Shown in pieces: positions 41,376-49,789 of a stretch of 64,000 nucleotides of DNA (positions are counted from its first letter, which is position 1; every line of letters begins with the position of its first letter). Below the pieces are notes generated by a model that was not told the origin of the DNA, searched no databases, and worked only from the letters and a program-made list of their open reading frames with translations. The translations under genes were made by a program, and so were the position numbers. The stretch comes from an uncultured delta proteobacterium (lineage in GTDB: Bacteria; Desulfobacterota; RBG-13-43-22), in contig CAVQFQ010000013.1 of assembly GCA_963711835.1 (NCBI GenBank), positions 1 to 64,000 on the forward strand, written 5' to 3'.

Positions 41376-42998
41376 TTAGGGAAGTTTGTAGTCTTTGAAA
41401 TCGTCCCGAAGCTTGGTCTTGAGGAGTTTGCCCGTGGCCGTATGGGGAAGCTGGTCCACAAAAACCACGTCATCCGGCACCTGCCATTTGGCCACCTTTT
41501 TTCGCATATAGTCGAGGATCTCCTCTTTAGTGACCGCCACCCCTTTCTTCTTAATCACGATCAGCAAGGGACGCTCATCCCACTTGGGGTGGATCACTCC
41601 GATGACCGCGGCCTCGGCCACAGCCGGGTGTCCCAGGGCGTCATTTTCCAGGTCGATGGAGCTGATCCATTCTCCACCCGACTTAATCACATCCTTGGAT
41701 CGATCGGTAATCTGCATGTATCCGTCCGGATCCAGGGTAGCCACATCTCCTGTGTCGAACCACCCCTCGTTGTCCAAGATTTGGCCGCCTTCGCCCTTCA
41801 AATAGCCGTTGGCGATCCATGGTCCCCGGACCATGAGATGTCCGAAGGCCTTGCCGTCCCGAGGCAGTTCTTGACCCTGACCGTCGACGATTTTGAGGTC
41901 AACCCCGTAGATAGCCCGTCCCTGTTTAGCCTTAATGGAAAGTTTCTCTTCATAGGGCAGGATAGCATGTCTGGGCTTCAAGTTGCCGGTCGTGCCCAGA
42001 GGACTGGTCTCGGTCATGCCCCAAGCGTGGATGACTTGGACGTTATAGTCTTGCTCAAAGACTTCGATCATGGTCTTTGGGGCCGCTGAGCCGCCGATCA
42101 CGACCCGATTCAAATAGGGCAGTTTCTTGCCGGCGGTCTGGAGGTATTGCAGGAGCATCAACCATACGGTGGGAACGCCTAAGGTCAGGGTCACCTTTTC
42201 AGCATCGAGAAGCTCATAGATGGCTTCTCCATCCACCCTGGCCCCGGGGAAAACTATTTTGGCCCCGCACATGGCCGCGGCATAGGGTACGCCCCAGGCA
42301 TTGGCATGGAACATGGGCACCACGGGCAAGACCACTTCTCCGCTGGAAAGGCCCAAGGCGTCTACGGTGCAGACACAGAAGCTATGAAGGACCATGGACC
42401 GATGCGAACAGAGGACTCCTTTGGGATTGCCCGTTGTTCCTGAGGTGTAGCACAGAATGGAGGCCGTGTTTTCGTCGAACCTGGGCCAATTATACTCATC
42501 GCTTTGTTTCCCGATTAAAGTTTCGTAACACAAGCAATTAGGGAGGGTGGTCTTGGGCATATGGGGCTCGTCGGTCATGATGACCAATCCCTTGATGGCC
42601 GTAAGCCGGTCGGCAATAGATTCAAGAAGAGGGACAAAAGGTAAATCTACAAAGATATATCGATCCTCGGCGTGATTGACGATATAAGCGATCTGTTCAG
42701 GAAAGAGTCTCGGGTTTATGGTGTGCAGGACAGCACCCATGCCGGGGACCCCGAAGTAGAGCTCCAAATGGCGGTATCCATTCCAGGCCAGGGTGCCAAT
42801 CCGGTCCCCGGGTTTGACTTCCAGAGAAAGTAGGGCCTTGGCTAACTGTTTGGATCGCTTATGGCTCTCCTGGTAATTATAGCGGTGCAGCGGACCTTCG
42901 ATGGTCCGTGATACCAGCTCCACGTCGCCGTGATACAGGTCGGCGAAGGAAACCAGTGAAGAGATTAAAAGGGGATAATCCTGCATCAATCCGTTCAT
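41376..42998 (-). CDS. Fatty-acid/3-(methylthio)propionyl-CoA ligase (AlkK/DmdB-like)
   Basis: [37 protein letters not shown]. Confidence 0.9.
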   Translation of the reverse strand: MNGLMQDYPLLISSLVSFADLYHGDVELVSRTIEGPLHRYNYQESHKRSKQLAKALLSLEVKPGDRIGTLAWNGYRHLELYFGVPGMGAVLHTINPRLFPEQIAYIVNHAEDRYIFVDLPFVPLLESIADRLTAIKGLVIMTDEPHMPKTTLPNCLCYETLIGKQSDEYNWPRFDENTASILCYTSGTTGNPKGVLCSHRSMVLHSFCVCTVDALGLSSGEVVLPVVPMFHANAWGVPYAAAMCGAKIVFPGARVDGEAIYELLDAEKVTLTLGVPTVWLMLLQYLQTAGKKLPYLNRVVIGGSAAPKTMIEVFEQDYNVQVIHAWGMTETSPLGTTGNLKPRHAILPYEEKLSIKAKQGRAIYGVDLKIVDGQGQELPRDGKAFGHLMVRGPWIANGYLKGEGGQILDNEGWFDTGDVATLDPDGYMQITDRSKDVIKSGGEWISSIDLENDALGHPAVAEAAVIGVIHPKWDERPLLIVIKKKGVAVTKEEILDYMRKKVAKWQVPDDVVFVDQLPHTATGKLLKTKLRDDFKDYKLP

Positions 42999-43082
42999 TG
43001 TTGTTCCTCCTTTTATGGGAGCAACCCTGGGGGCCACGCGGATTTATTAAGAGGGTCGGCCTATTCGGTGATGTCTCCAAAA

Positions 43083-43172
43083 TCAGAAAGGGATAGCCGC
43101 CTTTCCCAGGGCATCGGTCAGGAGATCAGCCTGGAATTGATTGTCCAGAGTGATTAATTTTTTCCAGTTCAC
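43083..43172 (-). pseudogene. Truncated 5' duplicate of the 32336-32575 gene
   Basis: VNWKKLITLDNQFQADLLTDALGKAAIPF*; 1-nt deletion then stop. Confidence 0.85.
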
Positions 43173-43243
43173 TTTTTCTTCGGTGGCGAAATTTTGGTGA
43201 CTGCCGACAAAGTTGGGGGAAGAGCTAAATTTTGTTTGATTTG

Positions 43244-43337
<94 letters not shown>

Positions 43338-43365
43338 GTTTTTTGAAAGTCAAATGCCCTTTGCC

Positions 43366-43401
43366 CCTCACCCCAACCCTCTCCCCCAAGGGGCGAGGGA
43401 G
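43366..43401. repeat. REP-like hairpin
   Basis: ccctcaccccaaccctctcccccaaggggcgaggga. Confidence 0.45.
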
Positions 43402-43454
43402 AAAAAAAGGCGGGGATTTGAAACCCGCGGGACATGGGTGTTATTCATGAAGCA

Positions 43455-43931
43455 TTATAGATTATTGTCGCGTTGTAATTTAAAAAATTTTTGCATCAGG
43501 TCCCGGCATTCTTTCTCAAGGACCCCGGAGACCACCTCAAAACGATGGTTCAAACGCTGATCCTGTGAGACATCATACAGAGACCCCAGGGCCCCGGCCT
43601 TGGGATCAAAAGCCCCGAAAACCACTTTCTTCACCCGGGCCTGGATAATGGCCCCGGCGCACATCAGGCAGGGTTCGATAGTGACAAACAGCGTGGTTCC
43701 CGGCAACCGGTAATTCTTCAGGACCTGGGCGGCCTGTTTTAAGACCAGGATCTCGGCGTGGGCCGTAGGGTCGTTCATCCTTCGAGGCTGGTTAAAAGCC
43801 GAAGCTATTTTTTCACCCGCATCGGAGATCAGAACCGCCCCGACCGGTACCTCCTCTTCCTGAAAGGCCCTTTCGGCCTCTTCGAGGGCCAGGGCCATAA
43901 ACGTTTCGGACCTTTCGATCCAACCCGCCAT
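43455..43931 (-). CDS. tadA: tRNA adenosine(34) deaminase
   Basis: EVPVGA, DPTAHAE, EPCLMCAGA. Confidence 0.95.
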   Translation of the reverse strand: MAGWIERSETFMALALEEAERAFQEEEVPVGAVLISDAGEKIASAFNQPRRMNDPTAHAEILVLKQAAQVLKNYRLPGTTLFVTIEPCLMCAGAIIQARVKKVVFGAFDPKAGALGSLYDVSQDQRLNHRFEVVSGVLEKECRDLMQKFFKLQRDNNL

Positions 43932-43932
43932 A

Positions 43933-45291
43933 TCAGTCCGTCAAATCCTTTTTGACCCGATCCAGCACCCCTTCGATCAGTCCCTGAATTTCCTCCAACC
44001 TCTCCGGGGAGTAGGCCTCGAAGCGGAGCACCAAAACAGGCTGGGTATTGGAGGCACGGATCAACCCCCAGCCGTCTTCGAATTGGATCCGGACCCCATC
44101 CACGTCAATGATCTGAAAGCGGCCGGCGAGTTCCGCCTTAACGGCTTCCACTATCATGAATTTCTTCTCCTCCGGGCAGACCACTCGGATTTCCGGGGTG
44201 GAAAAGGTCTTCGGCAATCCTTCCAACAATTCAGGGATGCGCTTTTCGGTCTTGGACAGGATTTCAAGCAGCCGCAGGGAGGCATAGACCGCATCATCAA
44301 AGCCGAAGTAACGATCGGCGAAAAAGAGGTGGCCGCTCATTTCGCCCGCCAAAACGGCCTTAACCTCTTTCATTTTTTGCTTGATCAGGGAATGGCCGGT
44401 CCGCCACATAACAGCCCGGCCCCCCCGGCGGGGGATGTCCTCATAAAAATTCTGGGAACATTTGACCTCTCCCAGAAAAGTAGCCCCGGGATTATGCCTT
44501 AAAATATCGCGGGCAAAAAGGATCATCAACTGATCCCCCCAGATGATTTCCCCGGTATGGTCGATTACCCCCAGGCGGTCGCCGTCCCCGTCAAAGGCCA
44601 GCCCTACATCCAGCTTTTTGCCGACCACCAACTCTATTAACTCCTTTACATTCTCCGGGACCGTCGGATCAGGCTCGTGGTTGGGAAAGGAGCCGTCGAT
44701 GTCGCAATACAAATCGAACACCTGACAGCCCATCTGCTTCAGGATGGGCAGGGCCAGCCAGCCCCCGGTCCCGTTGCCGCCGTCGATGCCGACCCGCAGG
44801 GGCCGGGCTATCTGAATGTCCCGGCGCATAAACTCCTGATAGGCCGGAACCACGTCGGCAAAAGACAGGGAGCCTTCCCCGGTAAGGAAATCCCCTCTCT
44901 CGGCGATGGCCCGCAGGCTTTGAATCTCTTCCCCGAAGATGGTATCCGGTCCGCTGCAAATCTTGAAACCGTTATATTCGGGGGGATTATGGCTGGCCGT
45001 GATCATAATCCCGCCGTCGGTCTGGAGATGGCGGATGGAAAAATACATAAGCGGAGTGGGGCCGACGCCGATATCAATAACTTGGCAACCGCTGGACAAC
45101 AGCCCTTTCAGCAGATGTTCCCGGAAAGGGGCGGAGCTGTTTCGCCCGTCCCGGGCCAGGGAAATCTTTTGCTGTCCCTTCCGGCCCAGGTAGGTTCCCA
45201 TGGCCTTCCCGAGGACGGTCACCTCTTCCAGGGTCAACTCCTTACCGACCACGGCCCGGATATCGTATTCTCTGAAGATCTGTGGATTCAT
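43933..45291 (-). CDS. Phosphomannomutase/phosphoglucomutase
   Basis: FREYDIR, TASHNP, FDGDGDR, GEMSGH, RASNT. Confidence 0.95.
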   Translation of the reverse strand: MNPQIFREYDIRAVVGKELTLEEVTVLGKAMGTYLGRKGQQKISLARDGRNSSAPFREHLLKGLLSSGCQVIDIGVGPTPLMYFSIRHLQTDGGIMITASHNPPEYNGFKICSGPDTIFGEEIQSLRAIAERGDFLTGEGSLSFADVVPAYQEFMRRDIQIARPLRVGIDGGNGTGGWLALPILKQMGCQVFDLYCDIDGSFPNHEPDPTVPENVKELIELVVGKKLDVGLAFDGDGDRLGVIDHTGEIIWGDQLMILFARDILRHNPGATFLGEVKCSQNFYEDIPRRGGRAVMWRTGHSLIKQKMKEVKAVLAGEMSGHLFFADRYFGFDDAVYASLRLLEILSKTEKRIPELLEGLPKTFSTPEIRVVCPEEKKFMIVEAVKAELAGRFQIIDVDGVRIQFEDGWGLIRASNTQPVLVLRFEAYSPERLEEIQGLIEGVLDRVKKDLTD

Positions 45292-45293
45292 CC

Positions 45294-46376
45294 TTACAAC
45301 AAATCCTCCCGGCCCTCTTTCTCCAGGAGTTCAACGACCTTCTTGACCTCCTGAGAACGCTCCCGGGGACAGATCAGAATGGCATCCCCGGTGTGCACCA
45401 CGACCAGATCCTGCACCCCCACCAGGGCCACGATTTTATCCGGGCTATGGACCAGGCAGCCCCGGCTGTCGATGGTATAAACCGTCCCTTTGAAACAGTT
45501 CTGCTGGGCGTCCTTGGCCTCTAACTGATAGACCGCCTCCCAACTGCCCACATCGTTCCAGCCGAAATCGCCCTCCAGCATAACCACATTATCGGCCCGC
45601 TCCATCAGGGCATAATCAATCGAGATATTTTCCATCCTCTCATAAGCCGCCCGCAGGGCCCGGTCCCAGACGGGCCGGTTGAAGGCCTTTTCCAGGTCGG
45701 CTAACTCCCGGTATAAATCCGGGGTAAACTGGGCCATTTTTTTCAGGACCGAGGCAACGGACCAGATGAACATGCCGCTGTTCCAAAAAAAGGTGCCGGC
45801 CTTCAGCATGGCCGAGGCTTTCTCCCGGTTGGGCTTCTCATGAAAGGCCTTGACCTGCCGCACCTCCCGGCCCTGGAGTTTCCTGATTTTTTTCCCCTGT
45901 TCCAGATAACCGTAACCCGTCTCCGGGGCCGTAGGTTTGATCCCTAAAGTAATCAGATAATCCCCCTCCCGCGAGACCTGCAGGGCCGCCTTCAGGGTCT
46001 TCAGGAATTCTTCCGGTCGGGAAATGTAATGGTCGGCCGGCAGGACGGCCATCGAGGCCGTGGGATCCCATTTGGAAAGGATCATGGCCGCCAGGCCGAT
46101 GCAGGGGGCGGTGTTTTTCCCTAAGGGCTCGACCAGCAGATGACGGTCTCTCAAATCGGGCAAAAGTTTTCTGATGGCTTCAGCCTGGGATATTTCCGTC
46201 ACCACCAGGATATGGTCCCAGTCGGTCAGGGGCAGGACCCGGTCGATGGTCTGCTCCAGGATGGTCTTGGGACCGATGATATCCAGAAGCTGCTTGGGCC
46301 GCCTAGTCCGGCTCCTGGGCCAGAAGCGAGTCCCCCGGCCCCCGGCCATGATAACGGTATAAACGGGAAAGGTCAT
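45294..46376 (-). CDS. manC: Mannose-1-phosphate guanylyltransferase
   Basis: MAGGRGTRFWP.SR...PKQ, EPLGKNTA, GYGY, WNDVGSW. Confidence 0.93.
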   Translation of the reverse strand: MTFPVYTVIMAGGRGTRFWPRSRTRRPKQLLDIIGPKTILEQTIDRVLPLTDWDHILVVTEISQAEAIRKLLPDLRDRHLLVEPLGKNTAPCIGLAAMILSKWDPTASMAVLPADHYISRPEEFLKTLKAALQVSREGDYLITLGIKPTAPETGYGYLEQGKKIRKLQGREVRQVKAFHEKPNREKASAMLKAGTFFWNSGMFIWSVASVLKKMAQFTPDLYRELADLEKAFNRPVWDRALRAAYERMENISIDYALMERADNVVMLEGDFGWNDVGSWEAVYQLEAKDAQQNCFKGTVYTIDSRGCLVHSPDKIVALVGVQDLVVVHTGDAILICPRERSQEVKKVVELLEKEGREDLL

Positions 46377-46443
46377 GAGTGCCCCACTCTCACGTGTCGC
46401 GAGGTAATCTTTTCACCTGAACGGAAACCGGCCTCCGTCTTCC

Positions 46444-47631
46444 TCATTGGCAGGCCCCGGCCGCCCGGCTCTTTCCTTCTTTCCAAAAGGGCGAAATGGC
46501 CCTCAAGCGTTCAATAATCGGGGGAAGATACTCCAGGACGTATTGGATTTCCTCCTCCGTATTATAGATGCTCAGGCTGAAACGGATCGACCCGTGGGCG
46601 GCCGTGAAGGGGACGCCCATGGCCCGAAGGACATGGGAGGGCTCCAGAGACCCGGAGGTGCAGGCCGAACCGGAGGAGGCACAGATTCCCAGGTTGCTCA
46701 AGAGAAGCAGGATCGATTCCCCTTCAACATATTCAAAGCTGATACTCAAGGTGTTGGGAAGCCGCTCTTTCCGATGGCCGTTAATAATGGAATTGGGGAT
46801 CTTTTCCAACAGCCCCTGTTCCAAGGTATCCCGGAGGTTCCGGATCCTCTCATTCTCCTCCTTGAGGTTCTTCAGGGCCAGCCCGCAGGCCTGCCCCAAC
46901 CCGACCATATAGGGGACGTTTTCGGTCCCTCCGCGGCGCCCTCTTTCCTGGTGACCGCCAATGATGAAAGGGGTGAAACGGGTCCCTTTCCGGATGTAGA
47001 GCACGCCGATGCCTTTTGGGGCATGCAGTTTGTGCCCCGAGATGGAAAGAAGATCGATGGGAACCTGGGAAAGATCGATCGGGATCTTACCCGCAGCCTG
47101 GACCGCATCGGTGTGAAAAACCACCCCTTTCGATTTAACCAGCCGGGCTATGGCCTCAATGGGGAAAATAACCCCGGTCTCGTTGTTGGCCCACATGATG
47201 CTGACCAGGGCCGTGTCGTCCGTTATAGCCGCCTCCACCTGTTCCGGATCCAGCCGTCCTTCCCGGTCTACCGGCAGGACCGTCACCTTATAGCCCCTTT
47301 TGGAAAGATAGGTGGCCAGGTTCCCCACGGCCGGATGTTCCACCCGGCTGGTGATGATATGCTTTTTCTGGGGATAGGAATTCAAGGTCCCCCAGATGGC
47401 CGCATTATCGCTCTCGGTCCCGCAACTGGTAAAAACGCATTCCTGCGGATCGGCCCCGATCAGGGCGGCCGTTTCTTCCCGGGCCTTCTGGATATCCTTG
47501 GCTACCTGTCCGCCGAAAGTATGCATACTGGAGGGGTTTCCATAAAAAGTGCCGAAGTAAGGCAGCATGGCCTCCACGACCTCGGGAGCGGTTTGGGTGG
47601 TGGCGTTATTATCCAGGTAAACGACTTTCAT
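46444..47631 (-). CDS. nifS: Cysteine desulfurase NifS
   Basis: YLDNNATT, SGHK, SSGSACTS; coupled to nifU. Confidence 0.95.
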   Translation of the reverse strand: MKVVYLDNNATTQTAPEVVEAMLPYFGTFYGNPSSMHTFGGQVAKDIQKAREETAALIGADPQECVFTSCGTESDNAAIWGTLNSYPQKKHIITSRVEHPAVGNLATYLSKRGYKVTVLPVDREGRLDPEQVEAAITDDTALVSIMWANNETGVIFPIEAIARLVKSKGVVFHTDAVQAAGKIPIDLSQVPIDLLSISGHKLHAPKGIGVLYIRKGTRFTPFIIGGHQERGRRGGTENVPYMVGLGQACGLALKNLKEENERIRNLRDTLEQGLLEKIPNSIINGHRKERLPNTLSISFEYVEGESILLLLSNLGICASSGSACTSGSLEPSHVLRAMGVPFTAAHGSIRFSLSIYNTEEEIQYVLEYLPPIIERLRAISPFWKEGKSRAAGACQ

Positions 47632-48476
47632 GACTTGACCTCCTCCACCGTAATCTCCGGATGAACGAATTCCTTGAACTTGGATTCCACGTAGTCCTTC
47701 AGGGTCACTTCGGCGGCCCGGCAGGAGGAACAGGCCCCGCGCAGGGCCACCAGGACTTTGTTGCCTTCGATATCGATCAAATCGATATCGCCGCCGTCGG
47801 CCTTGAGGGCCGGCCGGATTTCCCGCTCCAAGGTTTCCTCGATCAGCTTCATTTTCTGGATATTGGTCAGGCGGACCGCCGCCTTTCCGGCCGAGGCTTC
47901 CCGGAGGGGTTTTTCTTCTTTCAAAATGCGCTGCAGGATGACCTCGATCTTATCGTGACAGGTTTCGCACCCGCCTCCGGCCTTGGTATAATCGGTTACT
48001 TCCTCCCGGGTCCGGAGATTGTTTTGCCGGATAACCCGCTCGATCTCTTTATCGGTGACGCCGAAACATTCGCAAACAATCTCCCCCTCTTCCTCCTTGG
48101 GTTTGGCCAGCCCGCGATAATTGGCTATGGCTGCAGACAGGGCCTGCTCGCCCAGGACCGAGCAATGCATCTTTTCCTTGGGCAGTCCTCCCAGGAAGGC
48201 CGCAATATCCTTATTGGTGATCTTCTCGGCCTCTGCGAGGGTCTTCCCGATAATCAGTTCGGTCAGGGCCGAGGAGGAGGCGATGGCGCTGGCGCAGCCG
48301 AAGGTCTGGAATTTGGCCTCCTTTATCCGCTTATCCGGGTCCAATTTAAAGGTCAAACGGAGGGCATCGCCGCAGGCCAGGGAACCCACCTCACCGACCC
48401 CATCCGGGTTTTCGACTTCCCCGATATTCTTGGGGCTTTCAAAATATTCCTTAACCTTTTCCGTATAATCCCACAT
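47628..48476 (-). CDS. nifU: Fe-S cluster assembly protein NifU
   Basis: IscU domain (ACGD, FGC, KMHC), BFD-like CECF...GGGCETC, Nfu GACSSC. Confidence 0.95.
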   Translation of the reverse strand: MWDYTEKVKEYFESPKNIGEVENPDGVGEVGSLACGDALRLTFKLDPDKRIKEAKFQTFGCASAIASSSALTELIIGKTLAEAEKITNKDIAAFLGGLPKEKMHCSVLGEQALSAAIANYRGLAKPKEEEGEIVCECFGVTDKEIERVIRQNNLRTREEVTDYTKAGGGCETCHDKIEVILQRILKEEKPLREASAGKAAVRLTNIQKMKLIEETLEREIRPALKADGGDIDLIDIEGNKVLVALRGACSSCRAAEVTLKDYVESKFKEFVHPEITVEEVKS

Positions 48477-48614
48477 ACCCGATCCTCCGAACACCGAAGT
48501 TAACCTTGGAAGGGCGTTCCATGTAATTCCTAAGCATTCTCCTTGAATCCTTGAACCCTTGAATCCTCGAATCCTTCTATCATCGCCAACTTTTTTGGAG
48601 ATGACCCTTTATTT

Positions 48615-49016
48615 TTAATGCGAATACTGAACCAATTCGATCAGTATCCCAAAAGTCCCCTTGGGGTGCAGGAAAGCGATCTTGGCTTGATGGGCACCGG
48701 GCCGCGCTTGTTGATCCACCAGGGGAACCCCCTTGGCCTTTAATTCTTCCAGAGCCTGGTCAATATCGTCCACCTCGAAAGCAATATGATGAATCCCCTC
48801 CCCTTTTTTATCGATAAACTTATTCATGACCCCTTCCGGATCGGTGGATTGGACCAACTCCACATTGGTCTGCCCGATGGGCACGAAGGCGACCTTCAGT
48901 TCGCCCAGCATTTCTTCGTGAGAAACCGGCAAAGAAAGCAAGTCCTGGTATAAGGTTTTAGCCTGATCGGTGTCCTTTACGGCCACGCCGATATGGGCGA
49001 TCCTCTTGATCTTCAT
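48615..49016 (-). CDS. mce: Methylmalonyl-CoA epimerase
   Basis: HIGVAV, GEGIHHIAFEV, GAH...AFLHPK..G.LIEL. Confidence 0.9.
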   Translation of the reverse strand: MKIKRIAHIGVAVKDTDQAKTLYQDLLSLPVSHEEMLGELKVAFVPIGQTNVELVQSTDPEGVMNKFIDKKGEGIHHIAFEVDDIDQALEELKAKGVPLVDQQARPGAHQAKIAFLHPKGTFGILIELVQYSH

Positions 49017-49049
49017 TTTTCGCGACCTCCTGATTATTTTACATCTTTT

Positions 49050-49381
49050 GGGATAGTCCCAAAGTTACGTAATTCTCAAACCGAAGGGGGTGTCTCTTAA
49101 AATATTAAATCACCCCAAAGGGCTTCGGGGGTCTTGATTTCAAGGTTGTCCGAAAGGGTATCCGTAGCCCCAACCCGGCCCGAATTTCTAAGTTGGTTGG
49201 GAGCCGGGCATTCACCTAAGACGATAAATCGCTTTGGTGTTGGCCTGTTTCTAAATCCCATTATAAACTTCCTGCCCGGGTTCAGGCTGCCGGCGTTTTG
49301 GCGGACAATCCTTGAAATCAAGACCCCCGAAGCCCTCTATGAATGTAGTGGCTAAAAATCACGTAACTTTGGGACAAACTT
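49050..49381. mobile_element. MITE-like element with nested inverted repeats (copy B, core inverted relative to copy A)
   Basis: Outer IR gtcccaaagttacgt (49056-49070/49361-49375); same 27-bp inner IR as copy A (49119-49145/49310-49336). Confidence 0.85.
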
Positions 49382-49519
49382 TATCTTTTATATTCAATTT
49401 AGCCCAATAGTTCAAGTTAAAAGCCTTAAGGGCCCCCGGCCGGGAGAGCCCCTCTTGACAAAGGATATTGTTTTCATTAATTTAATCTATAAGAAAATTT
49501 AACCTGAAGGGCACTGACC

Positions 49520-49771
49520 ATGAACCAGAAAAAAATTAATCCTGCCTTCCGGGCCCCGGTGCGACGGAAGAAAGCCCCGGCCCAATACGACCAATTCGAA
49601 GCCACTGAACTTTACTGTCCTCGATGCCGTCAAGCCATGCCGGTTCGGAAACGGTTGCTTCTGGTCTTACCGGAAGGAGACAAGTACGAATACCTCTGCG
49701 CCGCCTGTTGGACCTCGGTGGGGGACAAAATCGAAAAAAATACCGAGGGCATTAAACTCGTCCTCGGTTGA
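49520..49771 (+). CDS. Small zinc-binding cytoplasmic protein
   Basis: LYCPRC...RLLLVLPEG..YEYLCAAC. Confidence 0.8.
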   Translation: MNQKKINPAFRAPVRRKKAPAQYDQFEATELYCPRCRQAMPVRKRLLLVLPEGDKYEYLCAACWTSVGDKIEKNTEGIKLVLG

Positions 49772-49789
49772 TCCCCTGAAAGCCCTTCA

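Noticed and set aside
46444-48476. nifSU as evidence of nitrogen fixation
   Set aside because: No nitrogenase genes nearby; NifSU commonly serves as the general Fe-S assembly system in anaerobes
46447-48503. Long plus-strand ORFs (405 and 280 aa)
   Set aside because: Antisense shadows of nifS and nifU
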